Of a DNA stretch of 64,000 nucleotides, positions 18,399 to 27,148 are shown piece by piece (position 1 is the stretch's first letter; each line of letters begins with the position of its first letter). Below the pieces are notes generated by a model. That model worked only from the letters and a program-made list of their open reading frames with translations, did not search any database and had not been told where the DNA came from. The stretch covers positions 1,034,920 through 1,098,919 of the forward strand of contig JAEINU010000001.1 in NCBI GenBank assembly GCA_016342685.1, written 5' to 3'. The translations under genes were made by a program, and so were the position numbers. This DNA is from Bacteroidales bacterium (GTDB lineage: Bacteria; Bacteroidota; Bacteroidia; Bacteroidales; UBA12077).

Positions 18399-18923
18399 AT
18401 GAAAGTTAAAATATTTTTTACCATTGCTATACTTGTAGTTTTATTTAATTCATGTATTACTCAAGATAAATATAAAGAAACAGATATTTACGAAGAGTTT
18501 GAAACGGAAAAGGGGTTTGGAGTTTTTCATGTTCCACCTGTTTTATTTAGGATTGTTTTTTCAATTGCTGATGAGCAGAACGATGAGTTTGCTTCAAAAG
18601 ATTTGTTAGATAAGATTGATGTGATTAAAGTATTGTTTTTTGAAGAGAAGGATAATACAATTTCAATTAATGATCTTAAAAAATCAATGAATTTGAAAAT
18701 AAAGAGTTTTAATTACAATCTTCTAACCCGAATAGCACAAGAAAATAATGATATTTCAATATTTGTAATTAATAATGATGAAATAATTCGAGAGGTACTA
18801 ATAACGATTGTTTCCGATAACGATTACATAAGTTTAAATCTTATTGGAGAATTTTCTAAGGATGAAGTAATGCAAGTGTACAAATCTGTTAATATGAAGG
18901 AGATACTTAATTATAGCAATTAG
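18399..18923 (+). CDS. DUF4252-like lipoprotein (divergent copy 3)
   Basis: Lipobox LFNSC. Motifs FETEKGFGVFHVPPVLF, IDVIKVLFFEE and REVLITIVSDNDYISLNLIGEF follow the same order as copies 1 and 2. Confidence 0.55.
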   Translation: MKVKIFFTIAILVVLFNSCITQDKYKETDIYEEFETEKGFGVFHVPPVLFRIVFSIADEQNDEFASKDLLDKIDVIKVLFFEEKDNTISINDLKKSMNLKIKSFNYNLLTRIAQENNDISIFVINNDEIIREVLITIVSDNDYISLNLIGEFSKDEVMQVYKSVNMKEILNYSN

Positions 18924-18942
18924 TTTTAATCAAGAAATATAG

Positions 18943-18979
18943 GAGGGGTGGAAATAATGATTTTTCACCCCTTTTTTAT
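18943..18979 (+). terminator. Intrinsic terminator closing the sigma/DUF4252 operon
   Basis: GAGGGGTG-N15-CACCCCTTTTTTAT. Confidence 0.7.
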
Positions 18980-19166
18980 TTTTGGCACAGAAATTGGATT
19001 TAAATTTTGAAACCAAAAAATTGCTTAAGCGTATAACTGAATCAGTTGGAATAGAATTTTTACATTTTTTTACATTTAATGGAACCATTTAACAAATTTT
19101 AACATCTATATATTATAATTGCGAAATTTACTTTTTTTTAATAGAAACTAACCAAAATCAATAAAA

Positions 19167-20342
19167 ATGAAAAACATGAAAAAATTAATGGTTTTGATGC
19201 TAATGATGGCATCAGTATTTTTTATCGCTTGTAATAATGACGATGATGGAAAAGATCCTTTAAGTACTGAACAAGCAAAGGAAGTAATCAATAGTCTTCC
19301 AACAGATATTAGTGCTCAAATGACTGGTATGCTTGACGCTGAAGGTTTAAAGGTTATGGAAATTTTAATGAACACTCCTTATCCTTTCGAAGAATCAACA
19401 AAAGCTGCTAAAGAAAGTTCTGTTATATTTAACATTAACAAGTATTTAATTCCTAATAATTATTTAAAAAATCAAGTTTCTACGGCTAAAACTACTGAGC
19501 CAGGTTTTGATTTTAATACTTATAAAGGAACTTATACATATCATAATGCTCCTTTTGAGTATTGGGAGATTGTTCCTGGTGGAGATAAGATTATATTAAA
19601 TTTTCCTTCAGATGAGAATAATATGGGAGTGAATGATGCAACTTTAACTCTTAATAGTTATTCTGAAACTTTAATTACAGAGGTTGATGGACAATACACA
19701 TATTCATGGTACAATCCAACAACAATTGATGCCGATTTAGTTGTTGATGCAGTAAAATTAGTTGACGTTAATATTAGCGCTGAATGGATTGTTACAGGAG
19801 AGAATGCTGGAGAACCTACTGCATTAGATGCAATCGTTTTCTTATTTCCTTTTGAATTTACAGGAGAATTTGATCATACAGGAGCTACTGCAGGAATCGA
19901 TTTCAAAATTAAATTTGATGGTGATGTTGTTTTTGGAGTAGGTTTAGATGCTACTTTCGAAACTGTAGAAATGGATGAACCTGTAAATATTAGTGGTTAT
20001 GTTCAATTTGTGGATGTAAAAGTTAAAGCAGATGCAGATGTTAAAGCTATTATAGGTATTATGGAAGGTTTATATTCTGAAACACCAGTTTATACAGATC
20101 CACAGCAATTAGTTGATGCGTTAAATGCAGAGTTTACTGCTACAATTTCTGTAGATGGTGCAAAAGCTGCTGATATTGAAATAGCAGTAAATCCTGCTGC
20201 TACTACTGCAGAGGACTTCCCATTTGATGTAGTATTTGTATTTGATGATGGAACTACTCAATCAGCAATACCTACTTTCATCTTATTACTTGATGAAATG
20301 GATGAATTCTTTTATTTTTTAGATGGTTTTTATCAAAAATAA
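19167..20342 (+). CDS. Acidic lipoprotein of unknown function
   Basis: Lipobox FFIAC followed by NNDDDGKD. 391 aa, D/E-rich, no motif I recognise. Confidence 0.6.
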   Translation: MKNMKKLMVLMLMMASVFFIACNNDDDGKDPLSTEQAKEVINSLPTDISAQMTGMLDAEGLKVMEILMNTPYPFEESTKAAKESSVIFNINKYLIPNNYLKNQVSTAKTTEPGFDFNTYKGTYTYHNAPFEYWEIVPGGDKIILNFPSDENNMGVNDATLTLNSYSETLITEVDGQYTYSWYNPTTIDADLVVDAVKLVDVNISAEWIVTGENAGEPTALDAIVFLFPFEFTGEFDHTGATAGIDFKIKFDGDVVFGVGLDATFETVEMDEPVNISGYVQFVDVKVKADADVKAIIGIMEGLYSETPVYTDPQQLVDALNAEFTATISVDGAKAADIEIAVNPAATTAEDFPFDVVFVFDDGTTQSAIPTFILLLDEMDEFFYFLDGFYQK

Positions 20343-20361
20343 ATTATAATATAAAATATAT

Positions 20362-20388
20362 AAAAGGGCCTAAATGGCCCTTTTTTTA
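20362..20388. terminator. Bidirectional intrinsic terminator
   Basis: AAAGGGCC-taaat-GGCCCTTTTTTT. It overlaps the stop codon of the minus-strand gene. Confidence 0.7.
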
Positions 20389-21657
20389 TGCTTTATTAAG
20401 TTCTATAACTGAAATTTCTGGAGGCATGCCAATTCGACCTGGAAATCCAATATATCCAAAGCCTCTATTTACATATAAATATTGATTGTTTTCTTTATAT
20501 AAGCCTGCCCAACGCGGATATTTGTATTTTACCGGACTCCATTTTATATTTCCAATCTCAATTCCAAATTGCATTCCATGTGTATGACCCGAAAGAGTTA
20601 AGTCAATGTTGGTATCTTTTATAACCTCTGCATCCCAATGCGAAGGATCATGCGATAAAAGAATCCTAAATTGAGAGTCTATTGTATTTTCTGTTGCTTT
20701 ATTCAAATTACCATATTGTGGAAAGGGTGGAAGACCCCAGTTTTCTACTCCTACGATCATAATGCTCTCATCATTTATAGTAATTTCCTCAGATTCGTTT
20801 AATAGCAACCTGAATCCCATTTCTTTATGAGCATTTTTTAGGTTTAAAAGATTTTGTTCTTTTTCAGCCTTATTTTTCCACACAAAATAATCTCCATAAT
20901 CATGATTGCCTAAAGTTGAGATCTTTCCATATTTCGCCTTTAATTTGCTAAATATTGGAATCCATCCATTAAGTTCCTCATAAAAATTATTAACCAAATC
21001 GCCGGTAAATAAAATTAAATCAGGATTTTGATCATTAATTAGTTCGATTGCTCTTTTTACCTGAGTTTCATGACCTATAAAACTTCCTATATGAATATCG
21101 GATATTTGTATTATTTTAAAACCATCAAAAGAATAGGGTAACTTATCAAATTTGAGATTTTCGTTGCTTATTCTAAAATTAAAACGTCCTTTAGCCATTC
21201 CATATAATATAGATGTAAAAGGAATTGCTGCAATTAACAAACCTAACTGACTAATAAAACGGGAACGTGATATTTCTAATGACTTACCGCTAAATTCTAT
21301 TTCAGAAGAAGATAAAAACTTGCTTGACATCCATTTAATAACATGAATGATATCTTCAGTTAAATGAAAAACTATAAAGATTAATTTTGGTATATAAAAT
21401 AAGATAAAGAAACCTGCTAATAAAAAGAAGTTTTTAAATATTAATGGCTCTTTATCAAACGGTTGTATGGCTCTAAAATATAGTAATGATATAATTATCA
21501 GAATAGGAATAGACCAATAAATAATATAAACTAAATATCTAATAACTTGTGAATTTACATTTGTGAGAAGCAATTTAACACCCTTAAATGAATAGATATC
21601 AACTAGAATGATAAACGAAAAAACAAAAATAAATAACATAAAAAATCTTTCTTTCAT
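20386..21657 (-). CDS. Membrane-anchored metallophosphoesterase (calcineurin-like)
   Basis: N-terminal TM helices followed by ISDIHIG, GDLVN, GNHD and SGHTHG motifs. Confidence 0.9.
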   Translation of the reverse strand: MKERFFMLFIFVFSFIILVDIYSFKGVKLLLTNVNSQVIRYLVYIIYWSIPILIIISLLYFRAIQPFDKEPLIFKNFFLLAGFFILFYIPKLIFIVFHLTEDIIHVIKWMSSKFLSSSEIEFSGKSLEISRSRFISQLGLLIAAIPFTSILYGMAKGRFNFRISNENLKFDKLPYSFDGFKIIQISDIHIGSFIGHETQVKRAIELINDQNPDLILFTGDLVNNFYEELNGWIPIFSKLKAKYGKISTLGNHDYGDYFVWKNKAEKEQNLLNLKNAHKEMGFRLLLNESEEITINDESIMIVGVENWGLPPFPQYGNLNKATENTIDSQFRILLSHDPSHWDAEVIKDTNIDLTLSGHTHGMQFGIEIGNIKWSPVKYKYPRWAGLYKENNQYLYVNRGFGYIGFPGRIGMPPEISVIELNKA

Positions 21658-21888
21658 TTTGTGAATAATAGTAATGAGTTGTAAATATATGATTTAACTA
21701 TCGAATTAAATTAACAGATAAAAGTGAAAAATGTTAAATAAATAAAAACAGTGTGTGCTTTGTTTTGTTTAAATTATTATTTTTGGTATTCAATATTGTA
21801 AATTTCACATTTGTTATTTGAATCAGATATTGTATATAGTGCTAAAAATCAGATTTATGTGTGGTTTATATAATTTAAAATTTGAATA

Positions 21889-22287
21889 GTGGTCGATAAA
21901 ATTCAGTTAATAAAGGAATTAGAGTTTAAAGCAACTCGAAGTAGTGGGAAAGGAGGGCAGAATGTGAATAAGGTTTCTACTAAAGTAGAGCTGCGTTTCG
22001 ATGTTTCTAATTCTTTATTATTAACAGACAATGAGATGGTTAGAGTGTTCGAAAAACTAAAGAATAGAATTTCTTTGGAAGGTATTTTAATACTAAGTTC
22101 AGACTCTGAAAGAACACAGTTAGGAAATAAAAGAAAAGTGATTGAGTTGTTTTTGGAATTAATAGTAAAAGCCTTGCATAAGCCCAAAAGGAGAATAAAA
22201 ACAAATCCTACTAAATCTTCAAAAGAAAGAAGATTAAAAGATAAGAAAGCGCAAGCGGATAAGAAGCGTTTACGTAATTTAGATTAA
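21889..22287 (+). CDS. arfB: Alternative ribosome-rescue factor ArfB (peptidyl-tRNA hydrolase, YaeJ family)
   Basis: GGQ motif in RSSGKGGQNVNKVSTKVELRF plus a basic C-terminal tail (KPKRRIKTNPTKSSKERRLKDKKAQADKKRLR). GTG start. Confidence 0.9.
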   Translation: MVDKIQLIKELEFKATRSSGKGGQNVNKVSTKVELRFDVSNSLLLTDNEMVRVFEKLKNRISLEGILILSSDSERTQLGNKRKVIELFLELIVKALHKPKRRIKTNPTKSSKERRLKDKKAQADKKRLRNLD

Positions 22288-23063
22288 GACTTTAGAGTGT
22301 CAACATCCTTTTTTAAATCCAATATCATATTATGTAATTTATTAATATCTAAATTATTAGAATCGGATTCTGGCAAGCTAAAACTTATAAATCCAAGAGC
22401 TTTCCATATTTCAAGAACTTCATTTATTTTTATTGTGTAGGCCTCATATTCAGGATTGTCCGACTTTAAAATAAACTCTTCAGATTTATTTACATTATTT
22501 AGAATACGCTTATATACAATACCTTCATCTTTCGAAATTAAAATATAAGGCTGATTATCAATAATATTTTCCCAGTTTGCTAGATACTCACATATAATGT
22601 ATGAGCCCGATTTTATGGGCAACATACTATCTCCTTTAATCTGGAAAAATCGGTATGTTCTTTCTTTACTAAGCTCTGTAAGTGGCAAAGAGAAATGAGG
22701 AAGTTCCTCAACAAACTCAGGGTCAGAATAACCATTTGTATATCCAGCCGAAGCTTTTATTGGTACAGTTGTAATGAGTTCTTTATCCTCTTTGTCCACA
22801 ACTGTTGTTATAATGCGCAATTTACTCCCGTTAATATCTATAGCCGAAAAAGAATCTTTGTCAAGATTTAGTTTTATTAAATCATCAATGGAAATGCTAA
22901 AAAAATAAGCAATATCCTGCAAAACAGATAACTTTGGTACTGCTCTATTTTCCTCATAAGAACCAATCATAGCGCGATTAACACCAATGTTTTTTGCTAA
23001 TTCCGATTGAGTTAATCCTTTGCTTTTACGTAAGTGTTTGATATTTAATCCTAAATAGTCCAT
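22284..23063 (-). CDS. XRE/CI-type HTH + S24 peptidase repressor (non-canonical LexA-like)
   Basis: HTH (LTQSELAKNIGVNRAMIGSYEENRAVP), Ala-Gly candidate cleavage site (IKASAGYT), Ser in GDSMLP and Lys in VYKRI. Confidence 0.85.
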   Translation of the reverse strand: MDYLGLNIKHLRKSKGLTQSELAKNIGVNRAMIGSYEENRAVPKLSVLQDIAYFFSISIDDLIKLNLDKDSFSAIDINGSKLRIITTVVDKEDKELITTVPIKASAGYTNGYSDPEFVEELPHFSLPLTELSKERTYRFFQIKGDSMLPIKSGSYIICEYLANWENIIDNQPYILISKDEGIVYKRILNNVNKSEEFILKSDNPEYEAYTIKINEVLEIWKALGFISFSLPESDSNNLDINKLHNMILDLKKDVDTLKS

Positions 23064-23079
23064 AATGCTAATTTAATCA

Positions 23080-23091
23080 GTAATATATTAC
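23080..23091. promoter_or_regulatory. Perfect 12-bp palindrome GTAATATATTAC, candidate operator
   Basis: Self-complementary 12-mer abutting the minus-strand -7 box in the divergent intergenic region. Confidence 0.4.
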
Positions 23092-23098
23092 AAATATA
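23091..23098 (-). promoter_or_regulatory. -7 box TATATTTG for the repressor gene
   Basis: Plus strand CAAATATA, which is TAnnTTTG on the minus strand, 27 nt upstream of start 23063. Confidence 0.4.
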
Positions 23099-23143
23099 CA
23101 AAAATAAAACTAAATATATTAGTATACATGTTGATTAAATTAG

Positions 23144-23151
23144 TATATTTG
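23144..23151 (+). promoter_or_regulatory. -7 box TATATTTG for the radical-SAM operon
   Basis: TAnnTTTG match 28 nt before ATG 23180. It is flanked by the direct repeat ATTAGTATA (23118-23126 and 23139-23147). Confidence 0.4.
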
Positions 23152-23179
23152 CTAATAATAATTGCAAATTGTTGGGGTA

Positions 23180-24451
23180 ATGAAATCAGAAACTATCAAT
23201 AAACTAAAAATATCGGCCAATGCTGCTAAATATGACGTATCGTGTGCGTCGAGTGGTAGCAATAGGGCTAATAAGGGTAAAGGCATTGGAAATGCTTCGC
23301 CTTGGGGTATTTGTCATAGTTTTACAGAAGATGGTCGTTGCGTTTCATTAATGAAATTGATGCTTACAAATTACTGTATTTACGATTGTGCTTATTGTGC
23401 TAATAGAAAAAGTAATGATATACAAAGAACCACATTTGCTGTTAAAGAAGTTGTTGATTTAACGATCGAGTTTTATAGAAGGAATTATATTGAGGGTTTG
23501 TTCTTGAGTTCTGGTGTTATCAATAATCCCGATTACACAATGGAAAGAATGGTTCGTGTGGCAAGAGATTTGCGTGTTAATCATAATTATAATGGATATA
23601 TACATTTAAAATCGATTCCTGGTGCTAGCGATGATTTACAGCAGAAAGCAGGATTGTACGCCGATCGTTTAAGTGTAAATATAGAGATTGCTTCGGAACC
23701 GAATCTTAAGATGCTAGCGCCTGATAAAAATTTCTCTAGTATTCTGGAACCTATGGATACGATTAAAACAAAAATCATCGAGAATAAAGAAGAAAGACGC
23801 AAGTTTAAGCATGCTAAAAGTTTTTCGCCTTCGGGCCAAAGTACACAGTTAATTGTTGGAGCTACTCCAGATACTGATCAGAGCATTTTAACATTAGCTG
23901 GTAGCTTATATCGAAATAAGTATTTAAAGAGGGTTTATTACTCTGGTTTTATTCCTGTAAACTCTTACGATAAAAGATTGCCTACTTTAACAGAACCGCC
24001 CTTAAAAAGAGAAAATCGCCTTTATCAGACAGATTGGTTGTTTCGGTTTTATAATTACCGAATCGATGAAATTGTAAATGAAGATCATCCAAATCTAGAT
24101 TTAGAAATTGATCCTAAATTAAGTTACGCTCTACGAAACCCATGGTTGTACCCAATAGATATTAATAAGGCAAGTTATGAACTTATTTTAAGAGTTCCGG
24201 GAATTGGTGTTTTATCAGCAAAAAAAATAGTATTGGCAAGAAGGTATGGAAAGTTAGGACTTATAAATCTAAAGAAAATTGGAGTTGTTTTGAAACGTGC
24301 AAAATACTTTATAACCTGTAATGAGCTTAAATCTCCTACAATAAATGAATTATTGCCACAAAACGTTCGACAAATTATTTTGAGCGAAAAACAAGCTAAA
24401 AGAAAACTTAAAACAAATAATACTCAATTAAGCTTATTTACAACAACATAA
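23180..24451 (+). CDS. Putative DNA modification/repair radical SAM protein (TIGR03916-like)
   Basis: N-terminal AAKYDVSCASSG, CxxxCxxC cluster CIYDCAYC, C-terminal helix-hairpin-helix-like LRVPGIGVLSAKKIV. Start moved from TTG 23162 to ATG 23180. Confidence 0.8.
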   Translation: MKSETINKLKISANAAKYDVSCASSGSNRANKGKGIGNASPWGICHSFTEDGRCVSLMKLMLTNYCIYDCAYCANRKSNDIQRTTFAVKEVVDLTIEFYRRNYIEGLFLSSGVINNPDYTMERMVRVARDLRVNHNYNGYIHLKSIPGASDDLQQKAGLYADRLSVNIEIASEPNLKMLAPDKNFSSILEPMDTIKTKIIENKEERRKFKHAKSFSPSGQSTQLIVGATPDTDQSILTLAGSLYRNKYLKRVYYSGFIPVNSYDKRLPTLTEPPLKRENRLYQTDWLFRFYNYRIDEIVNEDHPNLDLEIDPKLSYALRNPWLYPIDINKASYELILRVPGIGVLSAKKIVLARRYGKLGLINLKKIGVVLKRAKYFITCNELKSPTINELLPQNVRQIILSEKQAKRKLKTNNTQLSLFTTT

Positions 24452-24462
24452 ACTAATTAAAG

Positions 24463-25251
24463 ATGAATATATTAATTTACGATAATACATTCGAAGGCCT
24501 GTTAACAGCCGTTCACGACGCACTTGATTTAAATCTCATACCAAGCAAAATATTAAGGCGAAATTCCTTTCAGGATGATTTATTTGCTACAAAATATGAG
24601 ATTGATGCTGATTTAGATAAGTTTGAATCTTTATGGGATGAACTTAAGAAGAAAACAAATGAGAAAAATTGTCAAAGAATATTTAAGGCTTTCTTATCGG
24701 AAAGCATTGATGTAGAAATGATAATATATGACTATATAAAGTTGATTTTAGAATCAGATTACAATATTGAGACAAATTTTAGTGATGATTCTGTTGTCAA
24801 AATAAACAATCTTCAAAAGAAGGTTGGGCGTGAAACTCAGCGTGTATTGATGTTTGTTCGTTTTCAGAAAACGGTCGATGATATTTATTATGCTTCTTTC
24901 GACCCAAAATACAATGTAATTCCCTTAACACTTAATCATTTTAGAAACCGCTTTGCCGATCAAAAATGGGTAATCTTTGATACCCGCAGAAAGTATGGTT
25001 ATTATTATGATTTAGAATCGGTGCAACAGATAACAATAGGAAACAAGAAGGTAAGTATGGAATCAGGAAAGGTAAATAGTGAATCTTTGCATGTAAGCGA
25101 AAAGCTATTCCAAAAGTTATGGAAAGGTTATTATGATGCAATTAATATATCAGAACGAAAAAATATAAAAGTTCATATGCAATTTTTACCAAAAAGATTT
25201 TGGAAGTTTCTACCAGAGAAAGATTTTAAAAATAGTTTAACAAAGGCTTAA
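24463..25251 (+). CDS. DUF4130 / TIGR03915-like probable DNA-metabolism protein
   Basis: Starts MNILIYDNTFEGLLTAVHDAL, the characteristic N-terminus of the partner family. It lies 11 nt downstream of the radical SAM gene. Confidence 0.75.
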   Translation: MNILIYDNTFEGLLTAVHDALDLNLIPSKILRRNSFQDDLFATKYEIDADLDKFESLWDELKKKTNEKNCQRIFKAFLSESIDVEMIIYDYIKLILESDYNIETNFSDDSVVKINNLQKKVGRETQRVLMFVRFQKTVDDIYYASFDPKYNVIPLTLNHFRNRFADQKWVIFDTRRKYGYYYDLESVQQITIGNKKVSMESGKVNSESLHVSEKLFQKLWKGYYDAINISERKNIKVHMQFLPKRFWKFLPEKDFKNSLTKA

Positions 25252-25387
25252 AAGTCAATATTGTAAATAGATTTACGTTAGAAAACTTCGGATTAAGTAT
25301 TAAAATGGACGGAAGAAAATTTCTAAAAAATCTAAAATAGCAATATCTTATTCTTAGATTTGTTTCCAAATATTAAACGGATGCAAC

Positions 25388-26341
25388 ATGTATTTTTCGA
25401 TTATTATTAATCAAATTTTAATATTAGCATTTTTAGCTGTAATTGGCGTTATTGCTACTAAACTGAAAGTAATAACAGAACAAGTAAAAACCAGTATTGC
25501 AGCAGTTGTTTTTAATATTACTCTTCCGGCATTAATTCTTTCTTCGGTTACAAACGTTGATTTAAATAAAGAGATTTTAGCCAATAGTATGTGGGTCTTT
25601 ATTATATCGAATGTTGGAATAATCCTTTTATATATAGCTGGTCGAACTTCAAGAAAGATTCTTAAAATAGAAGGAAAAACTGGAAATGTACATGTTATAC
25701 ATACCATGCTTGGTAATGTTGCCTTTTTAGGATATCCTTTATTTTCTGCTCTATTTCCTGGTGGTGAAGGCTTGTTTTATGCTGTAATATTTCACTTAAC
25801 TCAGGATATTTTTATTTGGACGGTAGGTGTTTTTGAATTCAACAGTAGTAAAAGCCTCAAATTTTCTGATAGTTTAAAACATCTTGTTAATCCGAATACT
25901 ATTGCATTTGCCATCGGAATATTCATGTTGATTGTGGGTTTAAAAATTCCTAAGATAATTTATCCAACAGTTTATGGATTAGGAAAAACTACAATTTATA
26001 TGGCGATGTTGTATATCGGTGCTATTTTAGCCCAAAATCCAATGATATCGGCATTTAAAAATTTCAAAATCTATGTACTTGGTTTTAATAAAATGGTATT
26101 GGTGCCATTAATTTTACTTCTTATAATTAATATGTTATCGAATTATTTTAATATTCAAATTGGAAATACAGCAAAAACTGTTGTTGTAATGCAAACAGCA
26201 ATGCCTTGTATGGCAATGGTTGTTGTTTTAGCAAAAAAATTCGATAGCGATGATTTGCATGCCACGGAAAACTTGTTTTTAACAACTCTACTTTCTTTAG
26301 GCACTTTGCCTTTGCTTTACTACATCATACACGTTTTTTAA
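25388..26341 (+). CDS. AEC (auxin efflux carrier) family transporter
   Basis: 317-aa polytopic membrane protein with two 5-TM halves. Confidence 0.75.
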   Translation: MYFSIIINQILILAFLAVIGVIATKLKVITEQVKTSIAAVVFNITLPALILSSVTNVDLNKEILANSMWVFIISNVGIILLYIAGRTSRKILKIEGKTGNVHVIHTMLGNVAFLGYPLFSALFPGGEGLFYAVIFHLTQDIFIWTVGVFEFNSSKSLKFSDSLKHLVNPNTIAFAIGIFMLIVGLKIPKIIYPTVYGLGKTTIYMAMLYIGAILAQNPMISAFKNFKIYVLGFNKMVLVPLILLLIINMLSNYFNIQIGNTAKTVVVMQTAMPCMAMVVVLAKKFDSDDLHATENLFLTTLLSLGTLPLLYYIIHVF

Positions 26342-26581
26342 ATTCTTTTTAAAAAAATCAATATTTATATAGGGTATTTTGATATAGGTTTATCTTTAAT
26401 GTAGAGATCAAAATTATACAATTTAGTATTTTGATTTTTGGGTTAAAGTTAGTTCTGTAAATGAGTGATTTAATGGGTGCTTTTGGTCGGTTTAGTGACT
26501 GGCCAAAAGTTTTAACAAGAGATAGTTGCAAAACGAAATATAATTTAATTACTTTAAAAATTAAATAGATAACATTGTTAT

Positions 26582-27133
26582 ATGAATCTTTTAGAAAAAA
26601 AGATATTAAAAAGGATTAAAGATGGTGATATTCATGAATTTGAATCATTATTTCGGGAATATTATGAACGATTATGTGCGTTTGGAAGTAAATATGTTAA
26701 TAATATAGAACAAGCAGAGGAAGTTGTGCAAGATACATTTTATAATATTTGGAAAAACAGAGCAACCTTAAATATTAAAACATCATTAAAATCTTATTTA
26801 TATACGGCAGTAAAAAATAATTGTTTACAGGTGTTAAGAACCAGATCATTAGATGTTAAATACGAAAACTATTATAAATCACATTACTCTAATGAAAGTA
26901 TTAGTCCTGTTGATGAACTAAATGCAAAAGAACTATCGAAGGTTATTGATAAAGCTTTAAATTCACTACCGGAAAAATGTAGAATGATTTTCAAAATGAG
27001 TAGAAACGAAGGATTGAAATACCATGAGATTGCTGAAAAGTTGGAAATTTCGATTAAAACTGTTGAAGCAAATATGGGAAAAGCTCTAAAACATTTCAGG
27101 ATGTATTTAAAAGAATATGCTGAACTTGTTTAA
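26582..27133 (+). CDS. ECF sigma-70 factor (FecI-like)
   Basis: Region 2 (AEEVVQDTFYNIWKNR) and region 4 (EGLKYHEIAEKLEISIKTVEANMGKALKHF). Confidence 0.85.
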   Translation: MNLLEKKILKRIKDGDIHEFESLFREYYERLCAFGSKYVNNIEQAEEVVQDTFYNIWKNRATLNIKTSLKSYLYTAVKNNCLQVLRTRSLDVKYENYYKSHYSNESISPVDELNAKELSKVIDKALNSLPEKCRMIFKMSRNEGLKYHEIAEKLEISIKTVEANMGKALKHFRMYLKEYAELV

Positions 27134-27148
27134 TAAAAAGGGAAAGTT

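Noticed and set aside
22284-23063. The CI-like HTH + S24 repressor as a marker of a prophage
   Set aside because: No integrase, excisionase, Cro/antirepressor, terminase, capsid or tail genes and no att-like repeats lie within 20 kb on either side. The neighbours are arfB and a DNA-repair-type operon.
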